Source: an uncultured Anaerolineae bacterium
GTDB lineage: Bacteria; Chloroflexota; Anaerolineae; Promineifilales; Promineifilaceae
Direction: 5' to 3'
Assembly (NCBI GenBank): GCA_937949915.1
Contig: CALECP010000146.1
Coordinates: 1 to 47,411, forward strand
DNA length: 47,411 nt
Positions 1-8,230 of this stretch are shown here, one piece after another. A program made the translations under genes and the position numbers. The notes under the pieces are model-generated. The model did no database searches, had not been told where the DNA came from, and saw nothing but the letters and a program-made list of their open reading frames with translations. How positions within the stretch are numbered: position 1 is the stretch's first letter; each line of letters begins with the position of its first letter.

Positions 1-1606
1 CATTATCCTCTTCCATTCGCGCAGTCAGGAGTAATCGAAACGCCGAAAACCCGATCATATCAGTCAAAAATGTACAGGGTGCTTCTGGAAAGGCGGCATA
101 CAATGTTTCATCCGTTACAACACGATAGAACAACGCTTTGGCATTGGCCAGATCGCCTTGATCATACGCCAGCAGGGCTGCGTGAAAGGTTTCACTGCGT
201 AAGCCTGTCTGTTGGACATCGCGGCCGGATGGTCGCAATACGACACCATCCCATTTGAAAGCAGTTGTATGGTTGACTGATGTACACGTCGCACCTCGCG
301 CCCAACGCTCAAGCAAAATCGCGTCGGCCGATTGCCGCAAACCAAGCTCATCGTGGTTTCCATATCCGTAGCGATGCCACAGCAGCGGTTGATCAACGGC
401 CGGAATCTCAATGGCGGAGCGCAATCCCTCACCGTGCGATGTAACAAAATCAAGGTAGAGTGGGCTTGATTTACGCCCCAAACGCCCCATCAGCATCACA
501 TCGACCAAACCATCGGCCGTTTGATCATGGATAAGATATTCGAGGCGGCTATTGTGTGAGGTTGCCCCTAATCGCGTAGATTGCGCCGAATCATAGACGA
601 TTTCTCCTTGCTGGAGAATGAACACCGCTTGGCGATTCTTAACTTCATAAGATCGTCCATCCTGCACCAATAGTCTGACGATCCATTCATCATTATCGTC
701 GCCGTTGAGGTCGGCCGATTCAATTTCAACATCTGCAAAAATATGCAGCGTCAACGCAATTTGATACGGCGGTTCGCCGTTTCGGTTTGCTTGCTCAATC
801 AGTTGGGCAAACATCTCAAACTGCTCATCGGCCGATTTGAGGTTGACTTTCGATTCAAACAGTTGCAACGCAAGCGATGTTGGTTGATGGCACAATTCAA
901 ACAAATGATGGCTTGCCAATGCTACTTTCAGTTCACTGGACGGCATCAGGTTGTGGTAGCGAGACGACAGAAGTGAACGGTTGTACCACCAACTTCTTTC
1001 ATATTTAACACTGTCCGCGTCTAACAATGTGCGGTGAAGGGCTGCATCACAACTGGACTCGATGTTACCTGTGTCACGCCATGTGGTCAGAAAACGCTCG
1101 GCCGCATCAAGTAGCGACCGGTCGAAATGGTACGGATGCCCAACTATCCAATCGATCCATTTCTGCGCGGCTGCCTCATCTTGGTATTGGCTGATATTGA
1201 GTTCAACCAAACGGAAGGCGGCGATATGATACAGGTACGTCAGTCCCAGCTTCCTGTCCCTGTCAGCAAAAAGCTGTTCGTAATGGGTGATCGCGGCCGC
1301 AAAGTCCCCCGCTTCATACGCAGCATCGGCTGTGTTGAACAGATCGATGATCGCTTGTAGCTGTTCGAGAGAGGGGTCAGAGGTCGCGGCCGGGGTTGGG
1401 GTATCAGTCGGCCGAATGGTTCTAGTCAGCCGTGTTGTTTTTGTCGCGGTCGCAGTCGGTGATTGTGTGTTCGTAGGCGCGGCCGTGTGGGTCGGCCGTA
1501 CAGTCACCGTCGGCGCATCTGTCATCAACGGCTCAACGATATTTGACCGCGCACACCCCACACACAACAGCAAAAAAATCAATGAACCAATCACACATTT
1601 CATCAT
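1..1606 (-). CDS. Secreted lipoprotein-like protein with TPR-like repeats (partial; 3' end runs off the left edge)
   Basis: Absent from the ORF track because it is open at the window edge. My own minus-strand translation from ATG 1606/1603 (GGAGGA at 1611-1616) gives MMKCVIGSLIFLLLCVGCARSNIVEPLMTD..., a signal peptide with a lipobox-like VGC. A Thr/Pro-rich linker follows, then TPR-like segments (AAYEAGDFAAAITHYEQLF; ALLAYDQGDLANAKALFYRVV) and DLNGDDNDEW. First ~30 codons checked triplet by triplet. The N-terminal piece is not listed as a closed ORF, which is consistent with read-through to position 1. Confidence 0.6.
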   Translation of the reverse strand, partial: MMKCVIGSLIFLLLCVGCARSNIVEPLMTDAPTVTVRPTHTAAPTNTQSPTATATKTTRLTRTIRPTDTPTPAATSDPSLEQLQAIIDLFNTADAAYEAGDFAAAITHYEQLFADRDRKLGLTYLYHIAAFRLVELNISQYQDEAAAQKWIDWIVGHPYHFDRSLLDAAERFLTTWRDTGNIESSCDAALHRTLLDADSVKYERSWWYNRSLLSSRYHNLMPSSELKVALASHHLFELCHQPTSLALQLFESKVNLKSADEQFEMFAQLIEQANRNGEPPYQIALTLHIFADVEIESADLNGDDNDEWIVRLLVQDGRSYEVKNRQAVFILQQGEIVYDSAQSTRLGATSHNSRLEYLIHDQTADGLVDVMLMGRLGRKSSPLYLDFVTSHGEGLRSAIEIPAVDQPLLWHRYGYGNHDELGLRQSADAILLERWARGATCTSVNHTTAFKWDGVVLRPSGRDVQQTGLRSETFHAALLAYDQGDLANAKALFYRVVTDETLYAAFPEAPCTFLTDMIGFSAFRLLLTARMEEDN

Positions 1607-1672
1607 AATATCCTCCACAAGACAGCTATTATTCAATTGTTCGGCCGCCCTGCCCACCCCAGCGTCAACACA

Positions 1673-3307
1673 TTAGTAAACGGCTAACCTTTCACCCGCG
1701 TACAGTTCTGTTCGTAGTTGCTTCACCTGCTCATTTTCCACATATTCGCTAAACGGCATCCGGCGGTCGATCATGCCATGCGGAGTCAATTCGATGATGC
1801 GGTTCGCCGTCGTATCGATCAGTTCAAAGTCGTGCGTCGCCATCAAAAACACGCCGTCGAACTTTTTCAGGCCATCATTGAGCGACATAATCGCCTCCAG
1901 ATCAAGATGTCCCGTCGGGTCGTCGAGAATGATCACATTTGCGCCACTGAGCATCATGCGACTGAGCATACAGCGCACTTTTTCACCCCCAGATAGCACA
2001 TTGGCTGGCTTCAGGGCTTCTTCACCAGAGAACAACATCCGGCCGAGAAAGCCCCGAATGTATGTCTCGTCATCGCTGGTGGTGTATTGTTGCAGCCACT
2101 CCGCAATACTGATATTGGTATCAAAAAATTCGCCGTTTTCGCGGGGGAAGTAGTTGTGCGTAATCGTTTGCCCCCAGTGTATTTCACCCGAATCGGCCGC
2201 CATTTCACCTGTGATCACATCGAATAGGAGCGTCTTGATCAAATCATTAGGGCCAACAAACGCAATTTTGTCCCCCGGCTCAATAATCAAGTTGAAATCA
2301 CGGAATATCTGCTCCCCATCAAATGTCACGTTCAGGTCTTCGACGCGCAGGATGATGCGGCCGACCGGCCGATCAGGCTTAAAATCGACATACGGGAATT
2401 TGCGCGACGTGTCGGGAAACTCATCAACCGACAACTTCTCAATCATCTTTTTACGCGCCGTCGTCTGCTTCGCCTTCGCCACATTCGCCCGAAAACGCCG
2501 AATAAACTCCTCTAGCTCCTTGATCTTGTCCTCGCTCTTGCGCTTTTGGTCGCCGCGCTGCTTGTTTATCAATTGGCTCGCCCGATACCAAAAGTCGTAA
2601 TTACCGGTAAACATGCGAATCTGGGCAAAATCGACATCCGCGATATGCGTACACACATTGTTCAGAAAATGGCGATCATGGCTGACAACAACCACCGTAT
2701 TGTCAAAATTGCCCAAGAAATTTTCGAGCCACCGGATCGAATTGAGATCGAGTTGGTTGGTCGGCTCATCTAGCAGCAAAATATCGGGATTGCCGAATAA
2801 CGCTTGCGCCAGCAAGACGCGCACTTTTTCTCCCGCTTCGATGTCGCTCATCATTTTGCCGTGCAGGTCTTCAGAAATGCCCAAGCCTGCCAACATGATC
2901 GCCGCGTCAGACTCTGCTTCGTACCCACCCATTTCGGCATATTCAGCTTCGAGATCGGCCGCGATATTGCCATCTTCCTCAGTAAAGTCAGCCTTGCTAT
3001 AAATTTCGTCGCGCAGCTTGCCCACCTCATATAATCGCTTGTTGCCCATGATCACCGCATCTAACACCGGCTGATCGTCATACGCAAATTGATTTTGCTC
3101 TAGCACAGAAATGCGCTCGCCTTTGCCCGTTCGCACCACGCCCTGTGTCGGGTCTAGCTTGCCAGACAGCACTTTGACAAAGGTCGATTTGCCAGCACCA
3201 TTGGCACCGATCAGACCGTAGCAGTTGCCCGGTAAAAATTTGATATTAACTTCTTTGAACAGTGTCCGTTCTCCGAACACGACAGTAACATTTTGCGCTT
3301 CAATCAT
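1673..3307 (-). CDS. ybiT: ABC-F family ATPase (two tandem ABC domains, no membrane domain), YbiT-like
   Basis: 544-aa ORF that aligns along its length with my recollection of E. coli YbiT (NVTxxFGxxxLFxxxxxKFxxGNxYGLIGANGxGKSTF...). NBD1 has Walker A GANGAGKST and Walker B LLLDEPTNQLD. NBD2 has signature LSGGEKVR. Confidence 0.92.
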   Translation of the reverse strand: MIEAQNVTVVFGERTLFKEVNIKFLPGNCYGLIGANGAGKSTFVKVLSGKLDPTQGVVRTGKGERISVLEQNQFAYDDQPVLDAVIMGNKRLYEVGKLRDEIYSKADFTEEDGNIAADLEAEYAEMGGYEAESDAAIMLAGLGISEDLHGKMMSDIEAGEKVRVLLAQALFGNPDILLLDEPTNQLDLNSIRWLENFLGNFDNTVVVVSHDRHFLNNVCTHIADVDFAQIRMFTGNYDFWYRASQLINKQRGDQKRKSEDKIKELEEFIRRFRANVAKAKQTTARKKMIEKLSVDEFPDTSRKFPYVDFKPDRPVGRIILRVEDLNVTFDGEQIFRDFNLIIEPGDKIAFVGPNDLIKTLLFDVITGEMAADSGEIHWGQTITHNYFPRENGEFFDTNISIAEWLQQYTTSDDETYIRGFLGRMLFSGEEALKPANVLSGGEKVRCMLSRMMLSGANVIILDDPTGHLDLEAIMSLNDGLKKFDGVFLMATHDFELIDTTANRIIELTPHGMIDRRMPFSEYVENEQVKQLRTELYAGERLAVY

Positions 3308-3441
3308 TGTAAATAGCTGCCTATAGCTGGTTAGGAATCGTCATCGGTTGGTAGACACAACGCTTTTGGTTGTCCTCACTACCGAGAGGATCATAAAGAG
3401 TGCGCGTGAATTGTCAAGCGATTTTAGTTTATAATCGTAGC

Positions 3442-5262
3442 ATGAATAAAAGAGTAATGGTATTGATAATAATAGCGGCCGTCCTGATACAAATCGGGGT
3501 GGCCACGGCCGATTCACCGAACGCACAACTGCAAACAATGACGCTGGATAGACCCGCCCTGCCTACCTACGATGGCTGTGGGCAAGATAATGCGCCTGTG
3601 CAAGAAGCGACAATGGAGGAACGCGCTGTTGAGCTGATCAATGCCGCACGGAAAGATGCAGGGATGCGGCCGCTAAAAATGGTTGCGCCTTTGCGTGAGG
3701 CTGCACGGTACCATGCGGCCGATATGGTGCAAGACGACTATCGTGAAACGGCGACCTATGACATTGTAGACGGCGTTTTGACTGAAATATGTGATACAAA
3801 CACCCGGTTACGCACCTTTTATTTTGAGCTCGGTAGCTGGACGATGGGAACGTCATACACGGCCGAAACGGCCGAAGAAGCAGTCAGCGGCTGGCTGGCA
3901 GGTGGACAAATGACCGATTGGCTTTTGTCCGCCAATTGGGACGAGATCGGCGTTGGTTACTATGCGAATAGCGAGCAAACGCGCAAATACTGGGTTGTTC
4001 ATCAGGGAACGAGCAGCAACACACCGCTCGTCATCAACTATGAAGCGATAGAAGCATTTTCTACCAGCGTCGATCTATATGTGTACGGCAATTTTGATAC
4101 GATGCGCTTGCGGAACAATGGCGGTGAGTGGAGCGACTGGATACCGTTCCAAAATGAGATCGCGTGGTCGATGGATAATTTTGTAGGACAGCAAACGGTG
4201 GAAGCAGAAATGTGGGGATTTAACACAGTCGTCTTTAGCAGCGACTCAATCACTGTCCTCAACACATCGAGCGAAACGCCCACCCCATCCCCTACGCCAG
4301 AGCCAACAGTAACCCCCACCCCATTGCCAACACCGCCGCCGCTCACCTGCAACCCGTCGAACGGCAGTGGCGGATTGACGGCCGGATATTACGAAACCAC
4401 CCTCTTCGACCACAACGCGGTCATCATCGTGGGTGAAAATTACGATCCGGCCGCGCCAGCCATGCTCGCCTTCTACCTGCATGGCGACGGCGGCAATTAC
4501 GAGTATTACAGCACGCCCGGTCAACCGCTCAACACCTTTATCAATGATCGCGGCTGGATTTATGTGTCGGTGCAATCAAACGTAGCGACCGAAGGCACAA
4601 CGCGCTGGTGGGGTGACGGCGTGGGCAACGACGACATTAATGTGATGATCGAATCGAACGCCCAGCTATTGCGCGATGTCTACGAAGCGATGTTTGATCA
4701 GTACAATCTCTGTCAAAATGTGCTGTTCGGCTATAGTGCGTCAGGTGGCTCGTGGTTTTATGATGGCTATTTTTACCCCACAAGCGGCGCACAATATCCC
4801 GCCTTTATGAATCTCGCGTGCGGCTCTAGCGGTCTCAACACCGATTGGACTCCTTTCAGCTTTTACGATTCGTTGGTGACAACAAGCCAGAACAGTGATG
4901 CGCTGCAACGCACCCATTTGCACTATACGATTGGCACAGATGATTTCCTCTACCCGCGTGCAATAGAAACCGCGCCGCACTATCAATCGTTGGGCTATAC
5001 CGTTTCGACCGATTATTTGGCAAATGTGACGCACTGCGATTTCGATATTCCGTTTCAGGCGATCACATTTTGGGCAGAGAAGGCGGACGCGCTGCAATTG
5101 ACAGACGTTGGCACAGCACCATTGGCCGTCACTATGCAGCCGGGGCAATCGGCCGGACAGATGCATTATTGGTGGCTGACTGTTTTATCGGTGCTGGTGA
5201 CGGCCGCGATGATGGCGAAAAGCAGACAGGCGCATCATGCCGATGCTGATGAAGATGGCTAA
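3442..5262 (+). CDS. Secreted CAP (SCP/PR1-like) domain + Pro/Thr linker + alpha/beta esterase-like domain, C-terminal hydrophobic anchor
   Basis: ORF 3400-5262. Start moved to ATG 3442, giving MNKRVMVLIIIAAVLIQIGVATA (signal peptide). CAP-like segment ELINAARKDAGMRPLKMVAPLREAARYHAADM. Linker TPTPSPTPEPTVTPTPLPTPPP. Esterase-like LAFYLHGDGGN and GYSASGG (GxSxG). C-terminal YWWLTVLSVLVTAAMMAKSRQ. TATAAT at 3430-3435 lies 6 nt before the ATG. Confidence 0.8.
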   Translation: MNKRVMVLIIIAAVLIQIGVATADSPNAQLQTMTLDRPALPTYDGCGQDNAPVQEATMEERAVELINAARKDAGMRPLKMVAPLREAARYHAADMVQDDYRETATYDIVDGVLTEICDTNTRLRTFYFELGSWTMGTSYTAETAEEAVSGWLAGGQMTDWLLSANWDEIGVGYYANSEQTRKYWVVHQGTSSNTPLVINYEAIEAFSTSVDLYVYGNFDTMRLRNNGGEWSDWIPFQNEIAWSMDNFVGQQTVEAEMWGFNTVVFSSDSITVLNTSSETPTPSPTPEPTVTPTPLPTPPPLTCNPSNGSGGLTAGYYETTLFDHNAVIIVGENYDPAAPAMLAFYLHGDGGNYEYYSTPGQPLNTFINDRGWIYVSVQSNVATEGTTRWWGDGVGNDDINVMIESNAQLLRDVYEAMFDQYNLCQNVLFGYSASGGSWFYDGYFYPTSGAQYPAFMNLACGSSGLNTDWTPFSFYDSLVTTSQNSDALQRTHLHYTIGTDDFLYPRAIETAPHYQSLGYTVSTDYLANVTHCDFDIPFQAITFWAEKADALQLTDVGTAPLAVTMQPGQSAGQMHYWWLTVLSVLVTAAMMAKSRQAHHADADEDG

Positions 5263-6495
5263 CTGTGGAGCGATAGGGAAGCGAAAGCGCATATCCGCCA
5301 ACACCCCGGCGACGGCCGTGATCATCACGGCACCGCCAACAACCGATATTAACAAGCCTGCTTGTTTACGATAATGCCAAACGGCCGTCACAAAAAAGAG
5401 ACGGCCGAGTAGGTGAACGCCCCACCAAAAGAGATGAAGAAAATGCGCCAGCCACGTGTGATTGACTGATGGCGCATCATTCCATGCGTTGCCCGTCAGC
5501 ACCTGATACCAAACACGATGTTCGTGTGGCTGCCAAGCACGTATGAAGCCATCCCAATGCGCCTGCAAAAATGCGGCCGGATGGGCGACAATAATTTCGC
5601 CTGCCACCGTCTGCACATCGCGCATTTGCACATAAAGATCATGGGCAGAACGGATCGGCCGTGTCCATCCATATCGCGCTCCGGCCGCTGCGATCACATC
5701 CGCATGATAGACAGCATCCCACGCGGCCGTAAAGGGATGCCCTTCTTGCTCACCACGCACATAAAACAGCGTCGCCACCGCACTGACACGATTCATATTG
5801 TCAATGAAAGCGGTCGATAGAACAGGCTCGCCCACCAACCGTTGATTACGCATCAGCCAGGGCGCAACACACAACCCGCACACACCGATCATCAACCCGA
5901 TCCATCGCCAGCGCACGCGCCATAGCGCCAAACAAACAGCAATCATCGCGGGCAGAAGTATCACATTTGGTTTGGTGAGCAAAGCCAGCGCACACAAAAG
6001 ACCGATAGCGGCACAAATAAATGGCGCATCATGACGATCTTTGGCGCACAGCCCCAGCGCAAACAAGGCTGTCAAAATAAATGCCAGCACTGTTTCGGTG
6101 AGCAATGCGCCAGCAAACAGCCACGCATTGGGGTTGAGGGCGTAGAGGGCGGCCGTCGCCAGCATCACACGCTGGGAGCGCGTCAACCGATAGCTGCACC
6201 ATGCAGCCAGCCAACAAGTGACTGTATCAAGCGCAATTTGCACCAACACAACATGAAATGGATGCGCCCCTGTCAATTGGTAAACAAAGGCGATAAATGC
6301 AGGATAAACGGGGGTGCGAACAAGATTTGGCAGGCACAGATCGGCCGCATAATAAAGACAAAAGCCCCGACCTTCTAACAGGTGGGTCGCCAGCAAGTGA
6401 TAGCCAAGCGGGTCGATTTGTTGCAGCAAATGGTGACGTACAGAGAGCGCGTAGACCAGCCGCAACAATAAGCCGATGGCAACAATACAGCGCAT
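5185..6495 (-). CDS. Polytopic membrane glycosyltransferase, GT39/GT83 (PMT_2/ArnT-like) family
   Basis: 436-aa multi-TM ORF. N-terminus RLVYALSVRHH...DPLGYHLLATHLLEGRGF...VRTPVYPAFIAFVY is typical of dolichyl/undecaprenyl-phosphate-sugar dependent glycosyltransferases. Its 3' end overlaps the convergent upstream gene by 78 nt. Confidence 0.72.
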   Translation of the reverse strand: MRCIVAIGLLLRLVYALSVRHHLLQQIDPLGYHLLATHLLEGRGFCLYYAADLCLPNLVRTPVYPAFIAFVYQLTGAHPFHVVLVQIALDTVTCWLAAWCSYRLTRSQRVMLATAALYALNPNAWLFAGALLTETVLAFILTALFALGLCAKDRHDAPFICAAIGLLCALALLTKPNVILLPAMIAVCLALWRVRWRWIGLMIGVCGLCVAPWLMRNQRLVGEPVLSTAFIDNMNRVSAVATLFYVRGEQEGHPFTAAWDAVYHADVIAAAGARYGWTRPIRSAHDLYVQMRDVQTVAGEIIVAHPAAFLQAHWDGFIRAWQPHEHRVWYQVLTGNAWNDAPSVNHTWLAHFLHLFWWGVHLLGRLFFVTAVWHYRKQAGLLISVVGGAVMITAVAGVLADMRFRFPIAPQLAIFISIGMMRLSAFRHHRGRHQHR

Positions 6496-6534
6496 TAAAT
6501 GATTATCAAATGCGAGAACGTTATCTCTAAATGA

Positions 6535-6876
6535 TTAGTTACTTTCTGTTGTTTTCGTTTTGGCAACTGTCTTTGAGCTACTTTCTTTGGTAGCGGCCGG
6601 GGCTGGCTTCGCATCGGCCGTGCTGCTCTTACTCTCCCCCTCACTCTTGCTCGTGCTTGTGTCGGTGCTGCTCTTGCCATTCGGCGCGGCCGAATTATTG
6701 GCGCGGCTGTCCGTCACATAAAAGCCAGACCCCTTGAACACCACCCCCACACTGTTGATCACACGACGCACCGCCTTGCCACACTCTGGGCAATCAGTGT
6801 CATGTTCGTCGCTAAATTTCTTTCTCTTCTCGTATGTATATTCACACGATTTACACTTATAAACATATGCAGGCAT
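6535..6876 (-). CDS. FmdB-family zinc-ribbon protein with Ser/Thr/Lys-rich tail
   Basis: MPAYVYKCKSCEYTYEKRKKFSDEHDTDCPECGKAVRRVINSVGVVFKGSGFYVTDSR has CxxC...CxxC and the conserved FKGSGFY motif of the FmdB/CxxC_CxxC_SSSS family. Confidence 0.85.
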   Translation of the reverse strand: MPAYVYKCKSCEYTYEKRKKFSDEHDTDCPECGKAVRRVINSVGVVFKGSGFYVTDSRANNSAAPNGKSSTDTSTSKSEGESKSSTADAKPAPAATKESSSKTVAKTKTTESN

Positions 6877-6972
6877 ATAGCAGTTGTACCTCTTATTTGA
6901 TAACTACGCATCAGTATAGGGCAAAAGTGTAAATCGAATGTAAGTTCGTCGCAACTTAGCCAGTCAGCAATT

Positions 6973-7175
6973 CAGGGCAATCGCATTCTATATTTGCCAT
7001 CCAAAACAGTTCGTTTGTTCGCAAAAACGAGGTGTTTTAATATCAAATCAGGCCCAAAATCTGCGCTTATATCGACTTTCATCAATATGTCGTTTAGTTT
7101 TCGAGCAAATTGATGAGCCAAAAACACAATATGCGAAATTTCAGAACTTTTGAAAAATAGAACGCGATTGCCCTG
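6973..7175. mobile_element. 203-bp non-autonomous MITE-like element with 23-bp terminal inverted repeats and a 10-bp target-site duplication
   Basis: Left end 6973-6995 is CAGGGCAATCGCATTCTATATTT. The reverse complement of right end 7153-7175 is CAGGGCAATCGCGTTCTATTTTT (21/23 identical). It is flanked by identical GTCAGCAATT at 6963-6972 and 7176-7185. The interior is AT-rich with no ORF. Confidence 0.65.
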
Positions 7176-7266
7176 GTCAGCAATTCAGCCAGTCAGCAAT
7201 TCAGCTTTGTGAGCAGGTCAGTGTTTGAGGCAGCAGTTTTTGGTTGGGCATGTCAAAGTAGAGTGG

Positions 7267-7929
7267 CTATTTTTTGCGCTGGGCGGCCGTCACCGTTGCC
7301 AGCACAAGAAGCATGGGCAGCAGCCACAGCAACAACGGAAATGCTGTTTCAGCGGCCGGGGGTGTCAGCGTCACGGCCGATTGTGTTTGTAGCGTCATGC
7401 GCTCTACATCGACCAAAGTCATCCCCTCCGCATTGGCGGCCGTGCTGATCAAATTGATGTCACCCGTCAACCCCGCGCTCTGTTTGATATGCAGCGTCAT
7501 CACCACGCCAACCTGCCCTACATCAAAAAACAAGAGGTCGAAGCGGTCATCAAGTTGATGGATCGTACCATCGGCCGCTACATTTAAGATCGGGAACGGC
7601 TCAAATGATCGCCGTGCATCAACCACCGGTTCAACAAGCAGACTCAACTGATCGACTGCAAAATTATCGGTTGCCAACAACACATTAAACTGCCCAACCA
7701 ATGGGATAACGGGAGGGGCTTGTAAGTTAATAGTAGGTGGATTGGGCGGCCGGGGGGTGGGCGTTGGCACAATGCGCGTCGGTATGGGTGTAAAAAAATC
7801 ATCATATCCCTCTACGGTCGGCACAGGATAACCCTGAGCCGACGCACGTGCAGGATATAAAACAGCAGTAACCAAAAGCACAGACAGGCACAAAAGAGCG
7901 GTCAAGAGTAAATTATATTTTTGTAACAT
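7267..7929 (-). CDS. Secreted hypothetical protein with Pro-rich region and C-terminal hydrophobic anchor
   Basis: ORF 7267-7965. Start moved to ATG 7929 (AGGAA about 8 nt upstream), giving MLQKYNLLLTALLCLSVLLVTAVLYPARASA (signal peptide). C-terminus is FPLLLWLLPMLLVLATVTAAQRKK. No family recognised. Confidence 0.6.
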   Translation of the reverse strand: MLQKYNLLLTALLCLSVLLVTAVLYPARASAQGYPVPTVEGYDDFFTPIPTRIVPTPTPRPPNPPTINLQAPPVIPLVGQFNVLLATDNFAVDQLSLLVEPVVDARRSFEPFPILNVAADGTIHQLDDRFDLLFFDVGQVGVVMTLHIKQSAGLTGDINLISTAANAEGMTLVDVERMTLQTQSAVTLTPPAAETAFPLLLWLLPMLLVLATVTAAQRKK

Positions 7930-8026
7930 TGTTGTTTCCTTGTACTGAAAATAAGATAGCATCACAAGTATAACGCTGTCTCCCCTTTTTTGTAGGACAA
8001 ATCAACAAGAATCTTGAGGTTATTCC

Positions 8027-8156
8027 GTTTGTCGGTACATCAGTCGGCCGCAAATAGCTTATCTTGTCGTTTTAACGGCATGACCACCACAAATAGCCGT
8101 AAAAAGTCAAACAGATCGACTGATTCAGTGAAACAGTGAAAAACGGTGACAGAGAT
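8027..8156 (+). repeat. Copy A of a paralogous intergenic element (inverted partner at 18411-18558)
   Basis: Core 8027-8081 (GTTTGTCGGTACATCAGTCGGCCGCAAATAGCTTATCTTGTCGTTTTAACGGCAT) matches the reverse complement of 18504-18558 at 47/55 positions. Weaker similarity continues to about 8156 (AAAAGTCAAACAGA..ACTGATTCAGTGAAACAGTGAA). Confidence 0.65.
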
Positions 8157-8230
8157 TGGCACACACAGAAACAATCGAATAGAATGCGACGATTAAGCAA
8201 TTAGCAACGAGTAAGCATCAATCTATCTCT

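Noticed and set aside
1287-1676. A 129-aa plus-strand ORF rich in Val/Ala/Gly at the left end of the window.
   Set aside because: It is antisense to the Thr/Pro-linker and signal-peptide region of the edge-open lipoprotein gene (1-1606, minus), which has an SD site and a coherent domain layout.
5185-5262. A 78-nt convergent overlap between the CAP/esterase gene and the glycosyltransferase gene, which might indicate a frameshift or mis-call.
   Set aside because: Both C-terminal tails are in uninterrupted frames. I see no alternative earlier stop created by a plausible single-base change. Treated as a real, if somewhat long, convergent overlap.
6959-7205. Three copies of GTCAGCAATTCAG that could suggest a mini CRISPR array or an operator array.
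   Set aside because: The spacing is irregular: one copy lies left of the element and two adjacent copies lie right of it. The pattern is fully explained by a pre-existing 16-nt tandem repeat split by a MITE insertion with target duplication. No cas genes are present.
7267-7340. C-terminal hydrophobic helix + basic tail on three secreted proteins (ends at 5262, 7267 and 41804) as a shared sortase/exosortase-type sorting signal.
   Set aside because: No common motif (LPXTG, PEP, PGF, GlyGly) precedes the helices and no sortase-like gene is in the window. Simple C-terminal membrane anchors suffice.
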